51,500 bases of DNA, taken from NCBI GenBank assembly GCA_009602725.1, contig WELB01000017.1, positions 1,163,925 through 1,215,424 on the forward strand, in the 5' to 3' direction. A program made the translations under genes and the position numbers. The notes under the pieces are model-generated. The model was not told the DNA's origin. It ran no database searches and saw only the letters and a list, made by a program, of their open reading frames with translations. Below are positions 38,201 through 49,177 of this stretch, one piece after another. Source of the stretch: Spirogloea muscicola. Its lineage: Eukaryota. Numbering within the stretch: position 1 is the first letter of the stretch; each line of letters starts with the position of its first letter.

Positions 38201-39320
38201 AACGTGGCGTAGGTTTTGGATGCCGTCAGGGATGAGGAGGGAGGTGAGGTCCACTGTGGCAGCCCAATGCCAGCTCTCTGAAGAAGGGGGTGGTGGAGGC
38301 CGGACGGTGCCCGGCACATGTGAACTTGCTGCCAGCTCCTGCTGATTCTGGCGATTGAGGCAGTGATAGGCATGGACTGGCAGCCCTCTCGTGCGGAATC
38401 GTTGCTGGCACACTGGGCAGGGGACTCTCTGATCTGGAGCATTTGGGAGGCCCGCGTGGAATGGTCTCGGGTCGTGAGACCGACCCTGCTGATGGCGAGG
38501 TCGTACGTGATGGTCACCAGCTGGATGGCGTCTCATGACAGCAGGTTGAGGCAGCAAGGGAGAAAAAGGTACGGGAAGGGGTAGCAGGGGAGGTAGAGGA
38601 GGCAATGGTGGCGGCGGCGGCACTGCTGGTGGTGATGGTGGTGGTGGTGGTGGTGGTGGTGGTGGTGGTGGCTCCGGGGCAGGGACTGGTGAAGGCAATG
38701 GTGAATGCACGGCTGGAGCTTGGGGAAGAGATGGGCGTTGCCTTCGAACTGAGAGTAGATGCAGCAGACTTCGCGGCCGGCAGGGAAGAGGGGGCCCGTC
38801 CGCAGTAGAGGAGTCGCTTGACTGTGCCGGGCTGATGACAATTCCGACTCGGGGGTCCATGTTGAGGGCCTCGGACTCTGCATCCGAGGAGGCCGAGCCG
38901 GGGTCCGCAAGCCGAGCCATCTCATCAGGGGCAGGGACTGAAGGGACTGCAGGGAGGGGCTCGGGCTCCATAGCCGTCGTCGGGGAGGAGCGTGAAGAAG
39001 CTGAAGAAGCTGAAAGGGGGGTTGAAGGAGTGGGAAGGTCGGCCACTAAGGCAATGGCAGCCCTCGTTGCAGCAGTCGAGCTGCGGGTGCGGTAAGGGCG
39101 AGGGGCGCGCCGAGACGGGCTGCGCGCCGCGCCTCGACCTTTGGCAGCCGCCATGGCGGTGGGATCGGCCAGCGGGCGGTGGGCGGTGGGCGGCGGGCGG
39201 CGGCGACAGCGCGGGGGGGGGGGGTGGCCGGGGGGCCGTTGAGAGAAGGGCCTGCGTACCATATCACCGAATAGCACCGTCCTGTCAGAACAACCCGGCA
39301 GCAGCCAAGCAGCCAAGAAA
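35266..39320 (-). mobile_element. Full-length CRE-clade-like non-LTR retrotransposon (family A), ~4 kb
   Basis: Single long intact ORF with ZnF-RT-CCHC-RLE order, a short 3' UTR shared with many truncated copies, and no poly(A). The 5' boundary is approximate and no TSD is visible. Confidence 0.92.
35354..39154 (-). CDS. Retrotransposon polyprotein: Pro-rich N-terminus, zinc finger, reverse transcriptase, CCHC knuckle, restriction-like endonuclease
   Basis: CPVCQQRF..PVHAYHC; LAKPTGGVRPIA; LDITNAFN; GTRQGDPLSP; YADD (37010-37021); LPTRMGGLG; CECG..HMLRC; IHN..E..LDIV..DV..AEQRK. Alternative in-frame ATG at 39262. Confidence 0.95.
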   Translation of the reverse strand: MAAAKGRGAARSPSRRAPRPYRTRSSTAATRAAIALVADLPTPSTPLSASSASSRSSPTTAMEPEPLPAVPSVPAPDEMARLADPGSASSDAESEALNMDPRVGIVISPAQSSDSSTADGPPLPCRPRSLLHLLSVRRQRPSLPQAPAVHSPLPSPVPAPEPPPPPPPPPPPPSPPAVPPPPPLPPLPPLLPLPVPFSPLLPQPAVMRRHPAGDHHVRPRHQQGRSHDPRPFHAGLPNAPDQRVPCPVCQQRFRTRGLPVHAYHCLNRQNQQELAASSHVPGTVRPPPPPSSESWHWAATVDLTSLLIPDGIQNLRHVPRWARRECIKVLTPYLARIEADSMDEAAWALYMLFPKLVLGHLPSFGVGGRKTFQDRLAKFSSGKWEELAQQRAAAARVTLSQRRARNGSVNQPSQQSTAGILARARRFGRAGELSRAAQALCPDPLATTNDATEAILRQLHPPPQHPLEPWAGELPNPLDLSAEALRVALTKAPRMVSGGPSGWLFEHLQDLFLDGDERSFSLFLSTCRHIARAAIPPRIADALNSSHLLALAKPTGGVRPIAMTEVVMRLVSKAVCSELKPQLTSHLSPHQFGAGMSCGAEALIHGIRAALDVDPSMMVLGLDITNAFNTVERSVIMEELRDHFPSLIPFFLMAYGRPGRLLWQAGESWKTLWSSSGTRQGDPLSPILFALAHCRAIRRTQSQHPYLLFPSYADDTHIIGPPAEVMAAYPLLVRELDLMGLRVCPSKSVAWSPRGLPANLQLPHGCQTPANGLAILKVPFGTPAHVAVDLRERLQKHLAPLPSLPLLGDTQLALAILTRCIGQRACYLQRTVAPLGMVAELYKEYDDSLQQSLAALLHSSSFPSASASLQASLPTRMGGLGCRSLEQTAQAAFLGCWHQIASLLPMRFPCLHDPVRNVEEGSFPFQADLRSIRDSAISSFPSLQPLLTPFSTLAQASDRGAQSRLVTAVEDERRRRLRRLPEIQNNPRSLARLTSLATPGATDWITSPPVANAFSISSEAFRTSLQLFLGLPPNCLIGVRQCECGFRAEGAVLATHMLRCPTGPEVVGIHNLLRDALAGLMRDAGYRAVVEVNNIMPITTDAQGRHHRRTLDIVGVQPGGGPRALVDVVVTEAYKGPASTHIAGHAVGGAEQRKLRHYSDYPQCDQLLPAAIDIFGCLGPRFHTLLQNIANLGYTRRADVFPAEMGLPAAYLSLLRRRVSACLQRAQASALHQKAGRALVGGRRAPFLASSIHASSSDLYVVTRGY

Positions 39321-39322
39321 GG

Positions 39323-39383
39323 ATTTTCGTGTATTTGAAACAAGCAAAGGCCAAATGGCCAAGTACAAAGGCAAGCACATCTA
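39323..39383 (-). mobile_element. ~60-bp family A 3' tail directly upstream of the full-length element, same orientation
   Basis: The minus strand reads TAGATGTGCTTGCCTTTGTACTTGGCCATTTGGCCTTTGCTTGTTTCAAATACACG, a variant of the element's own 3' end. Confidence 0.9.
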
Positions 39384-40468
39384 GAGACGTACATCACAGC
39401 GGCGAGTCACAGCGGTGATGGCCCGGGCACAGCGTGCCCATGGCATGACTTGACGCTTGAAGCGCCAGGACCTGCCTTACCACCACGCATGAGGCTCTCA
39501 TATTGGATGCACAACTGGTCAAGGTTGGTGGCCTTGGCGTTTCGAAGTATTAATGACGAGCGTGCATCATGCCACGGATGGACACACAGAAAGCAGTGAG
39601 AGCTGCTGACATGACCCACTCAAGGGCCACGGACCGCTATCACAGACCAGTATGCAACCCCTTTCCTCATAGATTCTGCGTCACCTGAAGGAGGGGCGGC
39701 TACTTAACAGGACACTTCGTGTGTCGGGGAGCAAATAGATTCATTTCTGACGTTGTATGTGGACTGTTGCTTGTGTAATCAGCAGCCAGGATCTGATCCT
39801 GTACAGGTGTAACAATCTAACATGATGTATGCATGAATCAAGTGTTGCCGCCTCCACATGCAAACAAGCATAAGGCATTTCACAGGCACTGATCCCAATT
39901 GCGCGGCCATGGCGGCAATTCATCATCCTCGATCACCTCATCTGATCTGTACTCGTACCTCCACAACTGCAAGATCAATTGTAATGGCATGTTGCTCCAC
40001 ACTTAGTTATGTGGGCGTAATCATTGATGCTGTCGAAGTGACGCATTTAACACTGAACTTCCATAGCATTCCCAACCTGACTGCAACCGGAGTAAAGTCT
40101 GAGAGAAGGAAGCGGATGGTCAAGCTCGTCAAATTGACCGAGCAACTAAGGCTCAACAGCATGCTTCAAATGAGGATGATGGCTGCCTCTAAAGCACATG
40201 ACCGTCAAAGTGCAGGGCTGCATCGATCCTTTGAAGGAGTTGCTTCGGCAAGAGCAAATTTGTGCTGTCGGGTTTTCAGTTGGTCTTTGCTGTCTACGGT
40301 GAGGGATTTAACAGAAGTTGATCCGTACTATTCATGTACTAAAATTTTCAGTGTGGTCAACCATCTACAGTGTGGACAACGCCGGCATATGCTGCTCAGC
40401 CAAATTGACAGACAGGTTGACGTAGTTGACCACCGAAGTGGAATCTCACGCAAGGACTTAGCATGTCG

Positions 40469-42239
40469 TTAGTACCAAGAGCCTACATCAGTGCTCTGTT
40501 GCCTGTCTGGGCGTTCGCCAAAGCTAAGCCTTCGGTCTGTGCTCTTGAGCCTGGTGCACCAAAGATCCTCCCGTGGACCAGCAAACTTCTCATCATCAAA
40601 GTGAGCTTCTGCTTGGGCCTCACACAAGGATCTTCGGCGCATGCGTGCATGTGCTGTCAGTCCTCCACTGAGGCTGTAGTGAGGCACACTTGACTCGTTG
40701 ATTGAAATAATGGCCGGTGAGCCTGCTGCTGAGGTCGATTCAGCTTCAGATGCTGATGACGACGTTATGTTGGATGCTGGCGCGCAGGTAAACAGGGTTA
40801 TGGTGCTGAAGGATCCACCTTGCCAAGCTGTTCAATCAATACATACAGACAGTGGCAGGAGTCAGCGCACCCCCTCCCTGTCTTGAAACGCCTCAACTTC
40901 TGGGCAACAGCGGTACAAATGTTGCATGGCACATGACCTGCCAAACTAGGCATACACACAGCAAGTCATGGCTGCCATCTTTCGAGCAAGCCACGCAGCA
41001 GATGCTCCTGAAGTGCTGGTCAACGTTCATCATGCCAAATTGCTCACCAGGGCTACTCCTTGGCTTCAGAGCAGCCTCTTGGTAGACGAGCTTCCCCTTG
41101 TGAAGAATGTGCACTGAGCATTGCAGAGGCCTCCCTCTCACACAGGCGTCGGCTGTCTTGCCAAGGCCCCTGCACTCATCAGTGCATACAGTCTTTGAGT
41201 CTTTCGTCCCTTCCATTCATGTAGCAGACTACGGACCTGCGTCAATTACGTCTGTCTTAGCAAAGGTGCACAGTTTCTACAGCAAGCAAGCACCTTGAGC
41301 AAGGGTGCAGAGGTTTATAAGACTGGTGCGCACCATCGGTGAACATGGAAGATGCTGCCGAGAAGCCGCCGTGGACTGGCGGATGGCGACGCCGAGCTGG
41401 TCATCACAAGCCGAGTGCTACCCGTGGTCCGCACCTCCCCCAAAATTCCCCGTGCATTCTCATCGTGGAGAATAGTCCGAGTGTCTACCAGCACCTGTTC
41501 CTGGTAAAATTCATAGAGTAGCAGGCGACATCAACCTCTTTGTGACACTTCCACTCCAGCTACTTCTCTATCCATCTGTGTGCTTGACATGCACGAGAAG
41601 GACAGCCTGTATAACACAGTGGCTGAAGATCCTGACCTGGGAATTTGTACACAGCTTCTTCAGCTGCCGCAGTTCGGGCTGCACAATGTACTCGAGGTGG
41701 GCCTGCACAATATGCGCCGCTGCCTCGCTCACCTTCAGCGTCGACGAGCCTGTGATGACAGCACATGCCATTCACGCCAGGTCAAGTCTCAGCCCGCTGA
41801 ACAGTCCATTGTTGCTCAATGCCAGGAAACACCTGCTTTCGTTTGCCAGTTAGGCCAAGCAGGCCCCTCAGCCTGACGCTCGGGCTTGGGCCTCAAATGG
41901 CGCCCCACGAGCAGCCTCGATATCATCAGCGACGAGACGGGCCTCTTCATTGTCCCCTTCTCGCCGGCACTTATTCTCGCTGCCTCTATTCCACAGCAAG
42001 CAAGGGCAAGAGCTGCTTGCTTGATCCAGGGCTTCGACACCATCTTAGGGAGGGCAGCGCCCGGCTGGCTCTCGGGCTGGGAAACGCAGGGCCGCACCTC
42101 CGACGGGCACCCGGTGCACGAAGTGCAGGAGGCAGATGGAGTCGCCTGGTCGTCGGAGGTGCTCGAGAGTCCACTGCACCGCCTCGGCGTTGGCCCGCGA
42201 GTCCCGGCCCACCAGGACGAGAATCTTATCGCCGGCCAT
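40469..42239 (-). CDS. USP (adenine nucleotide alpha hydrolase-like) domain protein, paralog B, multi-exon
   Basis: DKILVLVGRDSRANAEAVQWTLEHLRRPGDSICLLHFVH; ELRQLKKLC; ARGILGEV..TRLVM; GLGKTADACVRGRPLQCSVHILHKGKLV. No kinase follows. The start is uncertain. Confidence 0.75.
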
Positions 42240-45200
42240 GGCCAGGGCCCCGGGAAGGGCTGGCCGACGGGCCACGGCGGGGGCGGCGCCGCGGGGAGCT
42301 CGGGCTGTAGGCTGGCGGCGGCAGCACCATGGGAGGAGGGGGGCGCTCTTGTCGCGAGGAGCAGCACTTGTTGACGTGAGGCAATGGCTGTGAGAGGCCA
42401 GCCGAAAGGGGGTGTTTGGTGTCCGAAGCGGCCGCTAAGGAGGCGGTGGGCGGGAGGCCGGATCCCCATCATCCGTCGCGCCCGACGGCCGTGGGGCCCC
42501 CCGTCGGGAGGAGACGGCGGAGGCGGCCCCACATCACCCAAAGCGGGCCTCCCCAAGATGGAAACAGTCGGTGAAGTACGGACGGCCCGCCCAAAAGCGG
42601 AACGAAGCGGGCCAGTCCCATGTGGCCTATTGCCGACACGCTTCTGTGTCTCGCCAGGTGCGTCAGCCCAGCCCCCGCCCCTGGGCGGCTGCTGACTGAG
42701 CCATGTGACCAGCAAAGAGGCCACCTGCCAGGGCAACATCAGGCGCCGCCGTCGTGTCCTACTCGGTGTACCTCGGCCGATCGGTCGGTGCTGCTTGTCG
42801 TAATTGCCGGCACATGATCTAAAACGGGGGCACCTTTTGCGCCGACCGGGCCCCCCCCGGGCCGGGGACGGTAAGCCTGCCGTCGTGGGGGGCGGCCACG
42901 AGTGGCTGGGCGCGCGGGCGGGGATCCCGAGGCGGGCGAGAAGCGCCCCATAGTCTAGGCGGTGGGTGCTTATCCAAGGCACAGTGGAAAACGAAACGTG
43001 GTGCGCATGCTGGCCGTCCCTAGACGACAGGCGCAGCTCCGACCCCACCTCCCACTGCTTCGACAGCTCGGGCTTGCCTCTCACAGCCCTTGCCCCCCAT
43101 TGAGAGAGCCACATAATTCTCTTTTACAGCCACCGCCTTCTCGTGTGGGAGGGCATCTCGTCCAGCGGGTGCGATGAGGGGCCGGCCAAAAATGAGATCA
43201 GTAGAAGTCCCTCAACCTCGTGCCCTTGTCCCGTACCTGAGGATCCCTCTCGCGCTGGCCAACAGCAGTATTGCCGTCGAGCAGCCTCGAACTTGCTTTT
43301 AGGGTGACCATTGATAGCCACTGCCTACTTAGAAAACAGCTCTCCAGAGGCAGTGGCTGTGAAAGGCCAGCCCAAAAGGGATGTACAAGACGGAGAAGCC
43401 CTGTCAAGACAAGACGACAACGTTCTTTGGCCCTGCCGATCGCAGCCCCTAGTCGAAGAGGGGAAAATTGCAACTCTCGAACCCCCACCGACCCATCATC
43501 CTGCTGGACTACTACACGAACTGCCCCTTTTTGGTACTCGTGTTGGAGCTTGATCTCCCCGCCCGCTGCCGCCGCGGCCATGCACCAACCTCGCCGTCCT
43601 AGGCTCTCTCCCCCTGTGCTTATACGCTAACGAACACGTACGCGACAATCCAGTACCCTTCCGACGGCCGCAAGCCTACGCCTTGGAGCGCCAGCGTTGT
43701 TGAGACAAACACGTCGGTTACTATTTGCGAGTGGACCTAATATTGTAAGAAGTTCAAAGCATCTGCTTTTCTTTGACCTGAAAGGAATTGCCCGAAGTAC
43801 TTGCTTCAAAGTGACCTGAAAGTGAAGTCAGCACTAGCTTCCATTACTGGACCTCACCTGCCACCGCGGCTGCTTTCCGGTCTGGTCTAATTTGGAGCTG
43901 CAAGGCTTGGAAGAACATCGCTGAAATCCTCAAGGCATGAGTTCACTCCGCCCCGTCTGCAGGCAGGCCGCGCCCCTCAGCATACTTGTCGTGTATCGTC
44001 TAATGTGACGAGGGTGGCTCGAACGTCATTCTGATAAGGAAGCCGAGGTGGCTGCAAACGTGGACATATGAGGCGCGTCCGTCATCAGCGCTCATTGTGA
44101 AGGAAGCACGGCACCTCCAAACCTACTGCCCGTCAAGGGAATAGGCCCTAGTTTGCCTGTACCACACTGGTATTGGTGCACGAATGCTGCCCCACGCGCC
44201 AATTATAAACTGAAATTGTCCAGAAAGAGAGGAGAGGTTTCTCCGAAGAGGGCGACTGCTTTGAGACGAAGCAGTCCTTCCAAATTGGGCTAATGGCTTG
44301 TCAAGGGCCTGCCCACATAAGAATGATGCTGAGATGGCTGCTGGAGGCCAGCCGATAAGAAGAGACTGGACAAGGTCCAAAGAAGAAGTACCAAAGGGGC
44401 GAGGGCTGCAAAGGGCCACCCACATAGAAGGACTACAAGGTCCAGAAAAGACGATTAACAAGTAGCATGATGGACAACAAGCTTTTGCGGCCAAAGGGGC
44501 CGTTTGCAATATTACCTTAGGCCTCCTCCACAGGGCTTCACTTTGCGCAGCCCCATATGTCGCATTAGCTTTCGCCTAGATGATTGATTGGCTTTTCTGG
44601 CATCCCTTCGGCTTCATGCGCACCGTGCGCCTTCTTCTTTTCACAGCCATCGCCCCTTGGCACTTGACTCGCTCTCGGTCCACTCCACTTTCTCGCTCTT
44701 GCCAGGCCACGAGGGCCTGGGCGCAGAGTAGCAGCGCAGCTCGAGAGCCTACTCCGAGAAGTACACAGCGGGTCACAACAGGGACTAATTCCCACTTGCT
44801 AGGCCACGGAGATCGTGACCTTGTGTGTCAGTTGCAGCTGTCGAACATTGTTTCGAGCTGCTCAGAGGCTGTTACATACAGGCTCGGCTTCACTTTAATG
44901 CCAGCGACATGCATTCAATGCAATCATGCAATTGATTGAAGCTCTACAGCTGCATAGCACAAGATGGCCAGCTGCCTCTAATGTAAAAGTCAGTCAAAAT
45001 TGCTGAATGCTAATGCATAAATTGTTGCAACACCGACAGCATTCTCGCCTGTCCAGCATTGTATGCTCACCATGTCTGATCTTGACTAGACTACATAGCG
45101 GCTGTATGACGAGCTCCGCCCATGTGTTGCCAAGCACTGCTTGGGGGCTGGAACAGCGGCGATGGTCCACTCATGCCGCGCTTGAACACTTAGAAGAAGA

Positions 45201-45590
45201 GCCTGCTTTCCCGCCGCTTTGGTTGTCATGGCCCTCCACAGAAAAGAAATCTCCCTAGCACCCCCTGTGAAGGAGCTGGATTAGCCCCTGCGAAGGAGCT
45301 GGATCATATTGGCGACTTCGTGTGGCCAGGCTATTGGAGGGTAGGTGGGCGCAGCTGGCATCTTGAGCAGTCTTCTTGACGTGGAAACAATGACATGGAA
45401 ACGATGACAAAAAAGCCGACATGGAGTACAGCACTAGCTGCTGTGCTCAGTTTTGTTCTTGTGCTCCACATCTGCTCCATGACAGGTCTGCAAGGTGTAG
45501 CCTGCTGCTCAGGGGCCAATTGTGCTTCTGTTGTCGACGAATTTTGGCGCCCCTTTAAAGCACCACACCTGAGACCGGTATTAGCCGGTA

Positions 45591-47781
45591 TTAGCGCCAA
45601 TTGCTCGCGGCAATGCTGTACGGCCTTTCGGGGCGCACCTCCAAGCTCACCCTCTGATCCATGCTCTTGCGCATGGTGAACCAGAGATGCTCCCTAGGTC
45701 CCTCACCCTTTTCATCATCGCCATGATCTTCTACCTTGGCCTCACACGATCTTCGACGCATGCGGGCGCGTGCTGTCAGTCCTCCACTGAGGCTGTAGTG
45801 GGGCTCAGCTGGCGAGGCCGCTGCTGAGTCCAATCTGGGTTCAGATCCTGATGACGATGTTGTACAGGATGTCGGTGTGCTTGAGAGGGACGACCGACAG
45901 CTAGGAGATCCAGCTTGCAGAGCTGTCCATGCAGTAGTAAAAGGCAAGCGGCACAAAGTAAGTGCAGGCTTACCACCATCAATCTTCGCAGAGGGTGTGA
46001 GCTTGCAAAGAGTTGTGCCCGCAAGCCATGGCTGTCTTGATGATGGGAAAGTACGGCGAGTGCTGCCACTACACGTGGCAACAGTCTAGCACTCCACACC
46101 AGCAATGTTGCTCACCTGATGTGTTGATCGGCCTCAGAGCGGCCTCCTCATACACGAGCTTGCCTTTGTGGAGGACGTGCACTGAGCACTGCATAGGCCT
46201 GCCTCGAACACACACGGCGGCTGTCTTGCCAAGACCCCTGCATCAACCAAGGCAGAAATGTTGCACGGTCCTTCTGCCCTTCTCGTATATTCTCATGTTG
46301 CGAGCAGGTGAGCCCATCCTCAGACCGCGACAGTGGTGCTCATTGGAAACCCGTGGCTGAAGCTGCTCTAGAATTCACCAAACAAGGCTGAAGTAATCCT
46401 TATGAAGTGGCTGCTCACCACCGGTGTACGTGGAAGATGCTGCCAAGAAGCCGCCGTCGGTTGGCGTGTGGCGCTTCTGAGCTGCTCATCACAAGCCGGG
46501 TGCTTCCTGATTTCCAAACCTCAGCTAACACCCCACGCGCTTTGTCATCGTCAAGTGCAGTCCGAGCTTCCACCAACGCCTCCCCCTGAAGAACGACGTC
46601 AACCTCCTCAGTCAAGTTGGTCGTCGACAACCTTAACTTCAACCTCTTCCTCTTTAGACCTTTTGTTGCAACCAGCAACTACGAGAGGTTTACACAGGCT
46701 ACTCTGCAGTACGACGTTGTTGGGGGAAGGCCTCACATGTAGGTTGGTGCAGAGCTTCTTCAGCCGCTGCAACTCGGGCTGCACTATGTGTTCGACGTGG
46801 GCCTGCACGATATGCGCAGCTGCCTCGCTCACCTTGAGCGTCGACGAGCCTGTGACAGAACACATGCAGCCACGTCAAGCTCAGACCGCTCCTATGGAAC
46901 CAGGAACAGGCTCCGAAAGTCCAGCAGGCGCTGCTCTGCAGCCTGAACTGGCAGCTCCGACCGGCGCCTTTGTGGGGCCAGGCTCTGCTTATGGGCCAGC
47001 TGCAAGAGGACACCCCATTCCATTTTCTCGTTGCTATCGTCTTCTGCTCTTCTGCCTTCCTCCACGCGCCGCCGCGGGCGCCCATAGCAGCGTCTGCCTG
47101 GTCCTCGCCGAGACCTCGATCGCTCTCCCAGGAGCGCATCAGCGGAGTGGACCTCGGATAGGCCTATCGGCTTTGTGCCCCTAAGAGGTGGTACACGGTG
47201 GCCTCGTCCTTCTCAACAGGCAGCCACCATCGCCCAGGTCCTCGATGATGTCGCTTAGAGCGAAGCGGCGCACCTCCGACGGGCACCTGGTGGACGAGGT
47301 GGAGGAGGCAGAGGGAGTCGGCGGGGCGCAGGAGGTGGCGGACGGCCCACCGCGCCGCCTCGTCGTCCGCCCGCGGGTCCCGGCCCCCCACCACCACCAC
47401 CGCGCGCTCGCCGCCGGCGGCANCGGGCCGCGGGGGGAGGGGGAATCCACAGCGGGGCCCCGACGTGCCCCCTCCTGGCGCGCCAGCTGGCGCCCGCTCG
47501 CCGACGGCCCTCCGCTGCCGCCAGGGGCCCCCGAGGCGGGCACCACCTGACGCTCTCCCGCGGCGCGCACGTGGGGTTTAGGGTTTAGGGCTGTCCAAAA
47601 GACCCCTACCGCCGCCGCCGCGGCCAAATCCTCCCCTCCCCTCCACCCCGGGGGAGGAGAAAGCGCTCCCGCACCCAGATTCGGCCGCAGAGGGTCCCCA
47701 CTGGGCAGGCTCGAGCGGGACGGGCGCGCGCCTCACCGCCTCCTCGTGGGCGCCGAGGCCTTGCGGGTGACGGGATGCCAT
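45591..47781 (-). CDS. USP domain protein, paralog A, multi-exon
   Basis: VVVGGRDPRADDEAARWAVRHLLRPADSLCLLHLVHQVPVGG; GSSTLKVSEAAAHIVQAH; ARGVLAEV..TRLVM; GLGKTAAVCVRGRPMQCSVHVLHKGKLV. It shares PHYSLSGGLTA.ARMRRRS with paralog B. N at 47423. Confidence 0.75.
47574..47590 (+). repeat. Telomere-like GGGTTTAGGGTTTAGGG in the putative first intron of USP-A
   Basis: Two perfect TTTAGGG units. Confidence 0.7.
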
Positions 47782-49177
47782 GGCTCTAGAGACGCACCTG
47801 GCCGTCAGGCCCGAGCGGCCCGTAAGGCACGGCAAGGAGAGAGCTAGCACATGGCTCGGCCTTGCGGCCTCGTCGTCGACCAAGCACCGGCTGAGCCACG
47901 GCCTCGCTGCTTCATGAGGTGACTCTAGCATTGACTTGGAGCTCCTTCCTGAAAGGCAGTACGTGCAGGCAGCCAGCTCAAACATTTCACGTTGTGTTGC
48001 GCGAGAAGATGTCAACGTGAGGTTGTCGGTACCTTGTGTCAGGTTCTGTAAGTGAATCGGAATGCCATGATTACACTTCGCTGGTCACAGACTGTGTCTT
48101 GCTCGGTTCAGCAGGTGAGCACGGCTACTATCACCTGAGCTCCTCTGATGCGCTTCCAACACAAAAGCCACCCGCTCGAAGCCAATACCAGCTGCTGTGC
48201 GCTCGTCTCCTCACATCTCTCGCTTGAGCTTGACAGCCTGGATGCACCTTCAAGGGGGTGGAAGTCAGGGTCGACCACACAGTTGCTGTTGGTTGCCCTG
48301 CAAAAGAGTGCACACCTTCCTGCTCAGGAGCTCAGGAGCTCACCTGAGCTCCTGCTCAAATCGAGCATGTGCTGCCACTCAGGTGCGGCGCTTGCTCAAC
48401 GGCCTCAAGCGGTTGTGTGCAAGTGTACTTCCCAATCTTGCTCTGTCGATCAACCTGATCCACATTGCTTGACTCTCTGTCTGTGACAGACTTTATTGTC
48501 CTTGCACTTACTTGCAGCACCCGCTGCCGGCTCGCCCCACATTCCAGGTGCCAAAGTCGTCTTAAGCTAGCCAGTACTAACTGTTCAGCTAGCCAAGTAC
48601 AGATCTTGGAGGCCCGGTACTGTTTGAGACGAGTCCCACTTGGCACAAACATACCTGGCATAACAAGCTTGCATAAGTTTACTGTGATTCTGGGTGTTGA
48701 TTACCCCAAAGAGAGATAGCGCAATATTAACGCGCAGCAGTAGGAAAAGGAAGGGGGACCCCATTTGGCATCCCTTTGTGTAAGGTGATAAATTTCTGTC
48801 CCACTGACAAGAACCAAACTTTGAGAGTCGTAATAGTGGTCCACAAGAATTCACCTGGAGCTACCAGGAATTTATGGCGCCAACTTGAAGAAGCCGCTGC
48901 GCGGTCTAGTGGAGCAGAAGCAGAAGCCAATAGTGGGCTTCCGAGTCGGATAACTCAACGAAGAATCACCTTCCTGTCTTGTGCCTCTAATGTGACGCCC
49001 TGAAGCATATCTAAAATTCAATCCACACTGCTCACACGGGACTGCATGCGAGATCTTCACATTTGCTAAGCACGCTTTTCAAGCCAGTGGTGCTACACAA
49101 CAGCACGCTGGGAGCTTCTTAATCAAATAGCAGCCAAATCCACTCACCTAATAATCTGCTACAGTAGGTAGTCCTAG

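Noticed and set aside
35820..39095. Many antisense and alternate-frame ORFs over the RT gene
   Set aside because: Shadows of GC-rich coding sequence.
41816..43114. 432-aa minus-strand ORF
   Set aside because: GC-rich shadow frame overlapping the USP exon out of frame and crossing a TE tail.
48100..49060. Possible extra minus-strand exons (repeated A(E/Q)QLVLAS)
   Set aside because: No coherent exon chain or domain could be built.
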